Below, piece by piece: positions 1 through 8,821 of a DNA stretch of 64,000 nt. A program made the position numbers and the translations under genes. The stretch's first letter is position 1. The number at the start of each line of letters is the position of its first letter. Source of the DNA: Nitrospirota bacterium (GTDB lineage: Bacteria; Nitrospirota; UBA9217); the NCBI GenBank assembly GCA_963845065.1, contig CAWJQQ010000008.1, forward strand, positions 535,970 to 599,969, in the 5' to 3' direction. The notes beneath the pieces are model-generated. The model was not told the DNA's origin, did not search any database, and was given only the letters and a program-made list of their open reading frames with translations.

Positions 1-1121
1 TTATTTGAAATGAAGGAGTCTTCTTGACTTTAGAGTAGTATTATTTAACAATTTGTCAAGAAATTAAATGGGGTATTTTTAGGGTATACCAACAAATACA
101 GATTGTAACTTTATAGGTTTTTAAGAATGGCATATACAACGACTACAGGATCAAGTAAGCCGCTCCGCGGCAGAGAAGCATAGACCGCTTCCTTCTCCCA
201 CCTTCATCTCGTTTGGTATTTTCTAAGTACTTTCCGTGCTACCATATTTCTCCATTGCAGTTCAATCTTATTTCACAAGGAGAGTATGGTCATGGAAAAC
301 TGGAACGAGAAGCTCATCAAAGCACTGCAACTGAACGGTAAAGCCGAACGATCGCAGGCAAACTACATCCGCACAGTACGGATCCTCACCGAGCATTGTG
401 GCAAGACCCCTGATCTCATCACCGAAGAAGAACTTCAGGAGTATTTCCTCCATCGCAGAAATGTCAGCCAATGGGCGCCCAACACCATGAAGAGCTGCTA
501 CGCCGGGTGCCGCTTCTTCTTTGAGAACGTTCTCAAGCGTGACTGGCACATCTTCAAAATCGCCCGGGCAAAGGCCGAACAGCGGATGCCGACGGTGCTC
601 ACGATCGAAGAGGTGCACAATATCCTTGCCCACGTCACTTCCCCTCGCAACCACACTTTTCTTTCCACCGTTTATTCTTGTGGCCTCCGGCTTATGGAAG
701 CGCTGCAGCTCCAAGTCTCAGATATCGACAGTAGCCGCATGATGATTCACCTTCATCAAGGCAAGGGCGGGAAGGATCGCTACGTCCCACTTCCCCGAAC
801 TACACTTGAGATCTTGAGGAAGCATTGGTCTACGCATAAAAACCCACGCCTGATATTCCCCTCGCGAGGCATATACGACAAGGGATGGGACAGCGATAAG
901 CCGATCGGCGTCACTACAGTGCAGGCGGCGCTCCGGAAAGCAACACGCGCGGCAGGTATCCAGAAACGCGGCGTCTCTGTGCACACGCTTCGCCACTATT
1001 CCGTGTCCCGGACTATTACCAGGTAATTTCCTTCAGCCCACGTTTTCCGACTTGTAAACCACACTGACTCGGCATAGTTTGACTCCTGTAAGTAAACCTT
1101 ATTGCAAGAAAGGAGTCGACT

Positions 1122-2360
1122 ATGAAGTGCATTGTCAATGATGACGTGATTCTTTCAAGGCCGCTAGAGGGTCCACTGTCAGCTTACATTGCCGAGTTTG
1201 CGAAGTGGGCACGTGATGAGGGATACACCTTGTATTCCCGGCACCGGAAAGTTCTGCTTGCTGCGCGTTTTAGCCGTTGGCTCGGCCAGCAAACCGTCGG
1301 CGTGAACTGCATCTCATCGGATCATCTGGATCGATACTGGCGATCTCGTACATGCCATATGCAAATTCACCGAGGAGATGCCGCCACGCTGAACCAGTTT
1401 ATCAGTTTTCTGCGCCTCAATGGCGTGGTCCCCACAGAGAAGAGCCCACGGCGCGAGCTAACTCCTGTAGAGCTAGCCATAGATGTTTTCAAGTACTACT
1501 TGCGCAGTGAGCGCTCGCTGGCGGAAGCAACCGTCGCCAATTACGTGCCGTTTATCCACAGGTTCCTCACCGATAGATTTGGCGACGGACCAGTGACGCT
1601 CTCGCGCCTGAGTGCTGGCGATGTCGTGCGATTTGTTCAGCGCCAGGCCCTGCGCCTGCATGTAAAAAGAGCCAAACTGCTGACGTGCGCGCTGCGATCA
1701 TTCCTGCGCTACACACGCTATCGTGGGGACATCGCGCTGGACTTGGCCGCCGCAGTTCCTACCGTCGCCAGTTGGTCGATGACATCTATTCCCCGCGCAA
1801 TTCCGTCGGATGCAGTGCGCCAGCTGCTTGTCTCCATCAATCGGCGTACTCCAATGGGTCGGCGCGACTATGCTATTTTGCTGCTGCTCGCGCGACTGGG
1901 ACTCCGAGCAAGAGAAGTGGTACGGCTCGATCTCGAGGACATCAACTGGAACGCCGGATATGTGAGCGTTCAAGGGAAAGGCGGTCAACGCAGTGCCCTC
2001 CCGTTACCCGCGGACGTTGGTGCTGCGATTGCCGCGTATTTGAGGGACGGACGGCCACGGAGCAGCAGTCGTCGCGTTTTTTTAAGGGCCAAAGCGCCCA
2101 AACGCGGATTTCAGTCTTCACAAGCTATCGTATCCGTGGTTCGCCATACAATCATACGCGCCGGCATCAAGGCACCCACCAAGGGCGCGCATCAGTTTCG
2201 ACATGCGCTAGCAACTGAGATGCTGCGCCACGGAGCCTCCCTGACCCAAATTGGTGAGATATTGCGGCATCGCAGTACTCAGACCACGATGATTTACACC
2301 AAGGTCGATCTCGATGCGCTTCGCACGCTGGCCTTGTCGTGGCCGGGAGGTGCGCAATGA
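1122..2360 (+). CDS. RIT tyrosine recombinase A
   Basis: GLR...GKG...HQFRH...LRH...TMIY motifs; long N-terminal domain; RBS AGGAG upstream. Confidence 0.92.
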   Translation: MKCIVNDDVILSRPLEGPLSAYIAEFAKWARDEGYTLYSRHRKVLLAARFSRWLGQQTVGVNCISSDHLDRYWRSRTCHMQIHRGDAATLNQFISFLRLNGVVPTEKSPRRELTPVELAIDVFKYYLRSERSLAEATVANYVPFIHRFLTDRFGDGPVTLSRLSAGDVVRFVQRQALRLHVKRAKLLTCALRSFLRYTRYRGDIALDLAAAVPTVASWSMTSIPRAIPSDAVRQLLVSINRRTPMGRRDYAILLLLARLGLRAREVVRLDLEDINWNAGYVSVQGKGGQRSALPLPADVGAAIAAYLRDGRPRSSSRRVFLRAKAPKRGFQSSQAIVSVVRHTIIRAGIKAPTKGAHQFRHALATEMLRHGASLTQIGEILRHRSTQTTMIYTKVDLDALRTLALSWPGGAQ

Positions 2361-3292
2361 ACACGCTTCGTGCGGCCGTGCATGATTACCTGACCATGCG
2401 ACGCAACTTGGGATTCAAGCTGCATGAGGCTGGAAAACTGTTGCCCGCATTCGTGACGTTCATGGAGCAACGCCGTGCCTCATATATCACGCCCCAGTTG
2501 GCGCTCACCTGGGCGCAACAATCGTCGACAGTGCAACCAGCTGAGTGGGCGCGAAGACTGAGTGTCGTGCGCACTTTTGCGCGCCATCGCAGTGCGACCG
2601 ATCCACGCACGCAGATTCCGCCGGAGGGCTTGTTGCCCTACCGACCCAAGCGGGCGCGACCGTACCTGTACACGGCCGAGGAGATAGAGAGCCTATTGCG
2701 CGCGGCGCTTTTGCTACCCGATAGAGAAGGATTACGACCATGGACTTACTATTGCCTGTTTGGGCTGCTTACTGTCGCAGGTCTCCGTCTCGGCGAAGCG
2801 CGCAACCTCGAGCTTCGTGATGTTGATCTCAAGACGAGTGTGCTGACGATCCGGAGTGGCAAGTTCGGCAAATCCCGCTTGATCCCCATCCATGCATCTA
2901 CTCGCCGCGTGCTTGCCGATTACATCAAGCGACGTGAGCGACAGTGGGCTGCGCGGAAGGTGTCCCCTTATCTGTTTGTCTCTAACCGGGGCAATCGGTT
3001 GGGTAACAAAAATATCCACAAGACGTTTTATGCATTATCCCGCCAGATCGGTTTGCGTGGCCAAAGTGACAGCCATGGGCCACGTCTCCATGATCTGAGA
3101 CATCGCTTTGCGGTAATGACGCTGTTACGCTGGTACCAATCCGGCGAGGACGTCGAGCGACGGCTGCCCATCTTATCTGCCTACCTTGGTCATGTTCATG
3201 TCAATGATACGTTTTGGTACCTCAGTGCCTGGCCTGAGCTGATGCGTGAGGCGATGTCCCGCCTGGAGAGACGATGGGAGGAACAGCCATGA
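2357..3292 (+). CDS. RIT tyrosine recombinase B
   Basis: GLR, GKFGKSR, HDLRH, LGH, TFWY motifs; ATGA overlap with gene A. Confidence 0.92.
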   Translation: MNTLRAAVHDYLTMRRNLGFKLHEAGKLLPAFVTFMEQRRASYITPQLALTWAQQSSTVQPAEWARRLSVVRTFARHRSATDPRTQIPPEGLLPYRPKRARPYLYTAEEIESLLRAALLLPDREGLRPWTYYCLFGLLTVAGLRLGEARNLELRDVDLKTSVLTIRSGKFGKSRLIPIHASTRRVLADYIKRRERQWAARKVSPYLFVSNRGNRLGNKNIHKTFYALSRQIGLRGQSDSHGPRLHDLRHRFAVMTLLRWYQSGEDVERRLPILSAYLGHVHVNDTFWYLSAWPELMREAMSRLERRWEEQP

Positions 3293-4287
3293 TCACTCCT
3301 ACCAGCCTCGCTCCCTTGTTGGAACGGTTCTTCACACAACGGCTCATGCAGCAGCGGCAGGTCAGTCCGCATACTATCAGTTCGTATCGCGATACCTTCC
3401 GACTGTTTCTACTGTTTGTGCAGCAGCGGTTGCACATACCACCTGAGCGGCTCATGCTCGCGGCGATCGATGCGCCGTTGATCGTGGCGTTTCTTGATCA
3501 CTTGGAGAAGCATCGAGGTCTGAGCGCACGTAGCCGCAATCTACGGTTGACCGCCATCCACTCCTTCTTTCGGTATGCCGCATTCGAAGCGCCGACTCAT
3601 GCCGACCAGATCCAACGTGTACTGGCTATCCCCAGCAAGCGCTTCACGCGCACCCAGATTCATTTTCTTACGCGTACAGAAGTCGAAGCGTTGCTCGCCG
3701 CGCCTGATCAACGTACCTGGTTCGGCCGACGCGATCACGCCTTCCTCTTGGTAGCGGCTCAAACTGGGCTCCGTCTGTCCGAAATGACCGGGCTGGCACA
3801 CAGTGATATCATGCTCGGTACAGGTGCCCATGTCCATGTAATCGGGAAGGGCCGAAAGGAACGGTGTGTACCGCTCGCCAAACCTACTGTCGCCGTGTTG
3901 AAAAGCTGGCTACACGAACCGGCACGCGGCGACAGACAGGTTCTGTTTCCCAATGCCCGAGGTACGCGTCTCAGCCCTGACGGCGTACATTACCTGTTGG
4001 TCAGGCATGCCACGGCAGCTGCCAAGATATGCCCGTCGTTAAAAGAGAAACGTGTCACCGTCCATGTCCTGCGTCACACCATGGCCCTCGACCTGCTGCA
4101 GGCGGGCGTGGACCGTTCAGTCATCGCTTTGTGGCTCGGGCATGAATCCGTGGAAACGACCCAGATCTATCTGGAAGCGACACTGGCGATGAAGGAGCAG
4201 GCGCTCGGCAAAACGAAACCGCTGACTGGCAAATTCAGTCGGTATCGAGCGGGGGACCAACTCCTTGGCTTCCTCAACAATCTGTAA
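3289..4287 (+). CDS. RIT tyrosine recombinase C
   Basis: GLR, GKGRKER, HVLRH, LGH, TQIY motifs; ATGA overlap with gene B. Confidence 0.92.
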   Translation: MITPTSLAPLLERFFTQRLMQQRQVSPHTISSYRDTFRLFLLFVQQRLHIPPERLMLAAIDAPLIVAFLDHLEKHRGLSARSRNLRLTAIHSFFRYAAFEAPTHADQIQRVLAIPSKRFTRTQIHFLTRTEVEALLAAPDQRTWFGRRDHAFLLVAAQTGLRLSEMTGLAHSDIMLGTGAHVHVIGKGRKERCVPLAKPTVAVLKSWLHEPARGDRQVLFPNARGTRLSPDGVHYLLVRHATAAAKICPSLKEKRVTVHVLRHTMALDLLQAGVDRSVIALWLGHESVETTQIYLEATLAMKEQALGKTKPLTGKFSRYRAGDQLLGFLNNL

Positions 4288-4410
4288 AGCCAAATAAAAC
4301 TATGCCGAGTAATTTGTGAGCCCTATTCACGTTTTAAGCAGCAATATCTGGCTGTACGTAAATTGGCTCCCATCTCACTCGGCATAGTCCGGGACGCGGA
4401 ATAGTGACGA

Positions 4411-4430
4411 CTATTCCGCATGCGGCATAG
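4411..4430. repeat. 20-bp imperfect palindrome adjacent to the RIT right end
   Basis: CTATTCCGCATGCGGCATAG, built from the same arm motif as the RIT ends and separated from the RIT arm by a 6-bp spacer TGACGA. Confidence 0.8.
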
Positions 4431-4601
4431 TCGACATTCTTATGCCACACATTTGCTCGAATCCGGCGTAAATCTGCGCGTGATCCAGCGATATATGGGC
4501 CACTCTTGCCTTGACACCACAATGATCTATCTCCATCTGACGTCCAAGGGCCAGGAAGACGCCATCAAGCTGATCGACAACATCATGGTTGGATTTTAGC
4601 C

Positions 4602-5696
4602 ATGGAAACGATCAATGACATCTTTCGAACCTATGCTCCGGAATATTTATCACACTTTGGCAGCGCTGTACCTGATGAACACCGTAAAACGATTGCCGCC
4701 ATCATCAACTGCCGTACACCGGCTTGCGGAACGACCCTGTTCCGGTGTGAGAAATGCGGGGAACACCATACGATCCACCGCTCTTGCGGCAACCGCCATT
4801 GCCCTACGTGTCAGCATCATAAGACCAGGCAGTGGCTTGCGAAACAGCTGGATCGGCAAATGCCGGGACATCACTTCATGATCACCTTTACCGTGCCCCG
4901 GCAGATTCGCCGGTTCATGCGAATCAATCAGCGGGTCGCCTATGGGGCGCTGTTTCTCGCTTCCTCCCACGCCTTGAAAAAACTGGTTCAAGATCCTAAA
5001 TTCATAGGAGGGGATCAGCCTGGGTTCTTCGGGGTGCTTCACACCTGGGGCAGAACGCTCGAGTATCATCCCCATGTCCACTACATCGCCGTGGGCGGAG
5101 CTCTTTCTTCCGGCGATAGACTCTGGCATTCTTCAGGGACTAACTTCTATGTGCCGGTCGAGGCGCTGTCCGTTATCTTCCGGGCAAAGTTCAGAGACGA
5201 AATTAAAAAGGCCGGCCTTTTTGATCAAATCCCTGATGAGGTCTGGCAGATCGCCTGGAACGTGAACTCACAGGCTGTAGGCGAGAGCGAAGCGAGTCTC
5301 AAGTATCTTGCTCCGTATGTCTTCCGGGTAGCGTTGTCGAACAACCGCATTGTGAAAGTAGAGAACCACTCGGTTTTCATCCGCTACAAGAAAAGCGGCA
5401 GTAATCGCTTTCGAACGCTGGTTCTCGATGTGATGGAATTCATGCGGCGGTTTCTCGAGCACGTCCTGCCGACGGGATTCATGAAGGTGCGGTATTATGG
5501 CTTTCTGAATCCCGCGTGCAAAGTTCCGGTCGTGGACGTCAAGGCGTTGATCGAACTTGCCTACGGATTCGAGGTGACCACTGCTGAAGCCGAGCCAAAG
5601 CCTCCACAGCCTCACCCGACTTGTGGAAGTTGCGGCGGTGCACTCAAAGTGCTGTCCTTTTCACTGCCGTACCAGTATATGGCTCGAGCCGGATAG
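4602..5696 (+). CDS. IS91-family Y2 (HUH) transposase with N-terminal Zn-binding domain
   Basis: CEKC...SCGNRHCPTC, HTWG, HPHVH (HUH), YLAPY (YxxxY), KVRYYG. Confidence 0.93.
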   Translation: METINDIFRTYAPEYLSHFGSAVPDEHRKTIAAIINCRTPACGTTLFRCEKCGEHHTIHRSCGNRHCPTCQHHKTRQWLAKQLDRQMPGHHFMITFTVPRQIRRFMRINQRVAYGALFLASSHALKKLVQDPKFIGGDQPGFFGVLHTWGRTLEYHPHVHYIAVGGALSSGDRLWHSSGTNFYVPVEALSVIFRAKFRDEIKKAGLFDQIPDEVWQIAWNVNSQAVGESEASLKYLAPYVFRVALSNNRIVKVENHSVFIRYKKSGSNRFRTLVLDVMEFMRRFLEHVLPTGFMKVRYYGFLNPACKVPVVDVKALIELAYGFEVTTAEAEPKPPQPHPTCGSCGGALKVLSFSLPYQYMARAG

Positions 5697-6497
5697 TACA
5701 CGACGCAAATTCTTTTTGTGTCACAGCCTTCATTGTGTATGCACTCCTGTGAGTAGCATTCGCAGCGGTAACGTACCTGTGCGTCCATTGAAGGGAATAG
5801 GGCTTGTGCAAACGTATGTGGATGATAGCAATGCCTAGCGGTTTGACAAAAATCTTACTGGAAGCTGTTCCTTAAAACTCAACCCCTGCAATTCCGGCCT
5901 TCGCAAAAAACCACCTATCGAAGCTTTACCCTATATATAGAAGGTTTATCGGCTATCGTCCTGCCGCTTAGGGCTTCTTGAACCTTGGATTGATACGACG
6001 TGAAGATGTCGTTTCAATCCTTATAGGATGTACTTCACGATTTAGTATGAATCGAATTAATTGCATATTCCAATATGGAAGCTTTCGAATAGCTGTTGTT
6101 GCGTGCCTATCCAAAATTAATACGTCAAACCAGATGATTTATCTTCACGAGTCTTATTTGTTCTAAAGAAAAGATTATTGCAAATCTGTAAGAATCCCTT
6201 TCACATTTTTGATGTTATCTGCGCATGCCTTTCTATGTACTTATGATATAATCTCAATTTCTAATTATTATAACGTATAAACACCCTACATTTACTATCC
6301 CTCTGCAGGCTTGACATCTTATAGTAATGGTGGTACGTTGCGAATTAAGACAATAATTATCTTGATAATGTCTGATTTTCCTTTTTACCTACAGAAGGTA
6401 TGTTTTCCCAACTTTTTCCTAAATCCGTGGCACCCGAAGATCAACCATTGAGTTTGATTCGTGTGCATCAGTGCAGTAGTAAAAAAGAGAACCACAT

Positions 6498-8030
6498 GTG
6501 GGTTCCATTATGAAGTTTTTCATAAGGACCAACGACTTAATACTGAGATTGCTCACTAAGATATCATTCTTACAAACTAGCCTCAATACTCAGTATCGGA
6601 TGAGATCTTTTGTCTGCGTATCGACTTTTGTCATTTCTTTTATTAGCGTCAATCTCGCCTTCATCATAGCATATACAATATATCAGGGAGTCATCGAAAA
6701 TAGAGCCAGAGATATGTCGCGCTCCATCTCCCGACAGGCTTTTGATACTCTCTATTTACTCATGCAGAAAGGTTGGACAAGCAAAGAGCTGGACGAAGTC
6801 CTTTCCGCCACAGCCGGAATAGGAGGGGAGACTGAATACCAGGTGAAGCTTTACAGAAACGATGGAACGGCGACCGATAATAATGTAAAAAAAGTTTTGG
6901 AAAGAGGCGTTATTGTTAATAATAGCAACGGTTTCCGGTTACTCGATATCTATCCGGTTGAGGCAAAAAAGGTTTGTTTGGAGTGTCACCGCAAGGAAAG
7001 GCAAGGTAACATATTAGCTGCGGTGAGTGTTCAGCAGGACATAGGACCAACAATTAAGGGCATTAAAAAGAAGTTTATTTTCTATTTCTTTCTCTTGTCT
7101 CCAGTTCCCTTTATTTTGACAATCATCATCGCTAATTTTTTAAATGCCCGGATTATCATAGCAACCGAGCTATTTCACCAGAAGATTCAGAATGTCAGCA
7201 GCATTGGGGATCTGGCAAAACTCGAAACAAACAACATCAATGTCGGCTTTGTTGAATTTGACAATATGCTACATGATATTAATGACTTTGTCAAAAGGAT
7301 CAAGAATATTGCTGTGGACAAGAATCTTCTTGAACATGAACTGCACGAACGAATATTAGCGAACAAGGAGATGGAATCGTTCATCTACTCCATATCGCAC
7401 GACCTCAGGGCACCGATCCGGGCCATGTCAGGATTCGCAAAAATTATAAAAGATGACTACGCAGGGAAGCTAGATGCTCAGGGGGTGGACTATCTGGACC
7501 GCATACTCAGAGGTTCGGAGAAATCGATCCGTCTTATTGACGCCCTCTTGCATCTCTCAAGGATTACCAGAGAAGAGATTGAATTGATCGAGGTCAACCT
7601 GAGCAATAAAGCGTCCAAGGTCTTAGAGGAATTGCGCGAGATGAATCGCGGTAGAAACGTCGAAGTCGTGGTGCAGGAAGGCCTCACAGCATCGGTTGAC
7701 CCAAGGCTCATTGAGCTCGCCCTGTCGAATCTTCTCGGCAACGCGTGGAAATTCACGTCGAAAACGGAGAATGCGCGGATCGAATTCAGGAGCATTCAAA
7801 GAGATGGGAAAACTGTATACTATGTCAAAGACAACGGTGTAGGGTTTGAACCCATGTATGCGGAAAAGATGTTTTGGCCTTTCCACCGGCTCCATTCGGA
7901 GAGCGAGTTCGAGGGTACGGGCGTCGGCCTCGCCATCGTCGAACGCGTCATCCGCCGTCACGGCGGCAATATCTGGGCTGAGGGAGAAGTAGGCAAAGGG
8001 GCGACGATTTATTTCACACTGGGACCGTGA
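6498..8030 (+). CDS. Membrane sensor histidine kinase with periplasmic c-type heme motif
   Basis: Two TM segments; CLECH in the periplasmic domain; SHDLRAP H-box, NAWKF, DNGVGF, GTGVGL; exact start uncertain. Confidence 0.88.
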   Translation: MGSIMKFFIRTNDLILRLLTKISFLQTSLNTQYRMRSFVCVSTFVISFISVNLAFIIAYTIYQGVIENRARDMSRSISRQAFDTLYLLMQKGWTSKELDEVLSATAGIGGETEYQVKLYRNDGTATDNNVKKVLERGVIVNNSNGFRLLDIYPVEAKKVCLECHRKERQGNILAAVSVQQDIGPTIKGIKKKFIFYFFLLSPVPFILTIIIANFLNARIIIATELFHQKIQNVSSIGDLAKLETNNINVGFVEFDNMLHDINDFVKRIKNIAVDKNLLEHELHERILANKEMESFIYSISHDLRAPIRAMSGFAKIIKDDYAGKLDAQGVDYLDRILRGSEKSIRLIDALLHLSRITREEIELIEVNLSNKASKVLEELREMNRGRNVEVVVQEGLTASVDPRLIELALSNLLGNAWKFTSKTENARIEFRSIQRDGKTVYYVKDNGVGFEPMYAEKMFWPFHRLHSESEFEGTGVGLAIVERVIRRHGGNIWAEGEVGKGATIYFTLGP

Positions 8031-8118
8031 ACACTGTCTACGTATAATGTGCAGAACTGTCCAATTGCCCACATTTCCATGTTTCAGGATGAAGATGGCT
8101 ACGCATGCTTCAACTGCA

Positions 8119-8173
8119 ATACTACACGTCATCTAGAATTATGTCTTTCTAGTCTCCACCTACAAGCTTGTAC
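8119..8173 (-). promoter_or_regulatory. Sigma70-like promoter plus TCCACCTACA motif (copy of the module at 22365-22419)
   Basis: Minus strand AAGACA-17-TAGTAT; about 70 bp colinear with 22351-22419. Confidence 0.45.
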
Positions 8174-8434
8174 AGTTACGTGAAAAAAAGTTTGGAAAAT
8201 TACTGGTTGAAGGTTGCACCTGGAAACGTCCCCTCAAAAATGCATTTTTCTGCGACCCTGTAATAAGAATAGGTGACCAAGAACCGAAAAAATATTTGCT
8301 GTAATGCGTTATTGTAGGATTGATAAGCCATTTGGCGGCTTAACGCTTCGCTTGAAGGGGAAGGGTTGTCAACGTCCCTAAAGATGCAATTGTTAAATCT
8401 TTTTGGCTAACCTCACTTTTAATAGTCGTAACGA

Positions 8435-8746
8435 TTATCGCACTGTAACACGAAAGATACGTCTGAGCCTATTGAGGGACTCTACAGAGCAAAGGGTTGT
8501 ACCTGGTGAAATGCCTTTGAACGCTAGCCCGTCTGTCGTGTCAACGAAATTAACCACCTTTACGTCGTCGCATATAGGGTCTCTCGCAGGACAGATTAAC
8601 AAGCCTGCTATGCAAACATGGAATATTTCACCGACATTTAACACGACTGGATAGGGCTCGGTATTCTGCAAATCGTCACTCTGGGCAGAGCCCACAAAGA
8701 CGGTAAGTACTAGCAAACCAGCCATCGCTACGATTGTTGCCCTCAT
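8435..8746 (-). CDS. Small secreted Cys-containing hypothetical protein
   Basis: Signal-peptide-like N-terminus, RBS GGGAGG, four Cys. Confidence 0.65.
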   Translation of the reverse strand: MRATIVAMAGLLVLTVFVGSAQSDDLQNTEPYPVVLNVGEIFHVCIAGLLICPARDPICDDVKVVNFVDTTDGLAFKGISPGTTLCSVESLNRLRRIFRVTVR

Positions 8747-8821
8747 TGCGTTCCTCCCATGGTTAAAACTTTTTCCAACACCAGTATAATCGCAGTTATT
8801 TACTTGTGCACACCCGGTTGG

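Larger units (their letters stand above)
994..4406 (+). mobile_element. RIT (recombinase in trio) element
   Basis: Three overlapping tyrosine recombinase genes; 23-bp terminal inverted repeats CACTATTCCGTGTCCCGGACTAT (994-1016) and ATAGTCCGGGACGCGGAATAGTG (4384-4406) with 1 mismatch; internal inverted sites at 1067-1080 and 4297-4310. Confidence 0.93.
286..4599 (+). pseudogene. Tyrosine recombinase split by RIT insertion (5' part 286-996, 3' part ~4432-4599)
   Basis: 5' part runs to ...HTLRH; after the RIT the frame resumes [55 protein letters not shown], colinear with the intact paralog at 14490-15365. Confidence 0.93.
147..6029 (+). mobile_element. Int+Y2 (IS91-like transposase with tyrosine recombinase) element, copy 1, interrupted by a RIT element
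   Basis: 5' end TCAAGTAAGCCGCTCCGCGGCAG (151-173) and 3' end CTGCCGCTTAGGGCTTCTTGAAC plus hairpin (5961-6020) both match the ends of the paralogous element at 13068-15501; AGGAT repeated at 147-151 and 6025-6029. Confidence 0.8.

Noticed and set aside
286..1026. 246-aa ORF as a complete integrase
   Set aside because: It lacks the catalytic His and Tyr; the tail YSVSRTITR is read from the RIT inverted repeat
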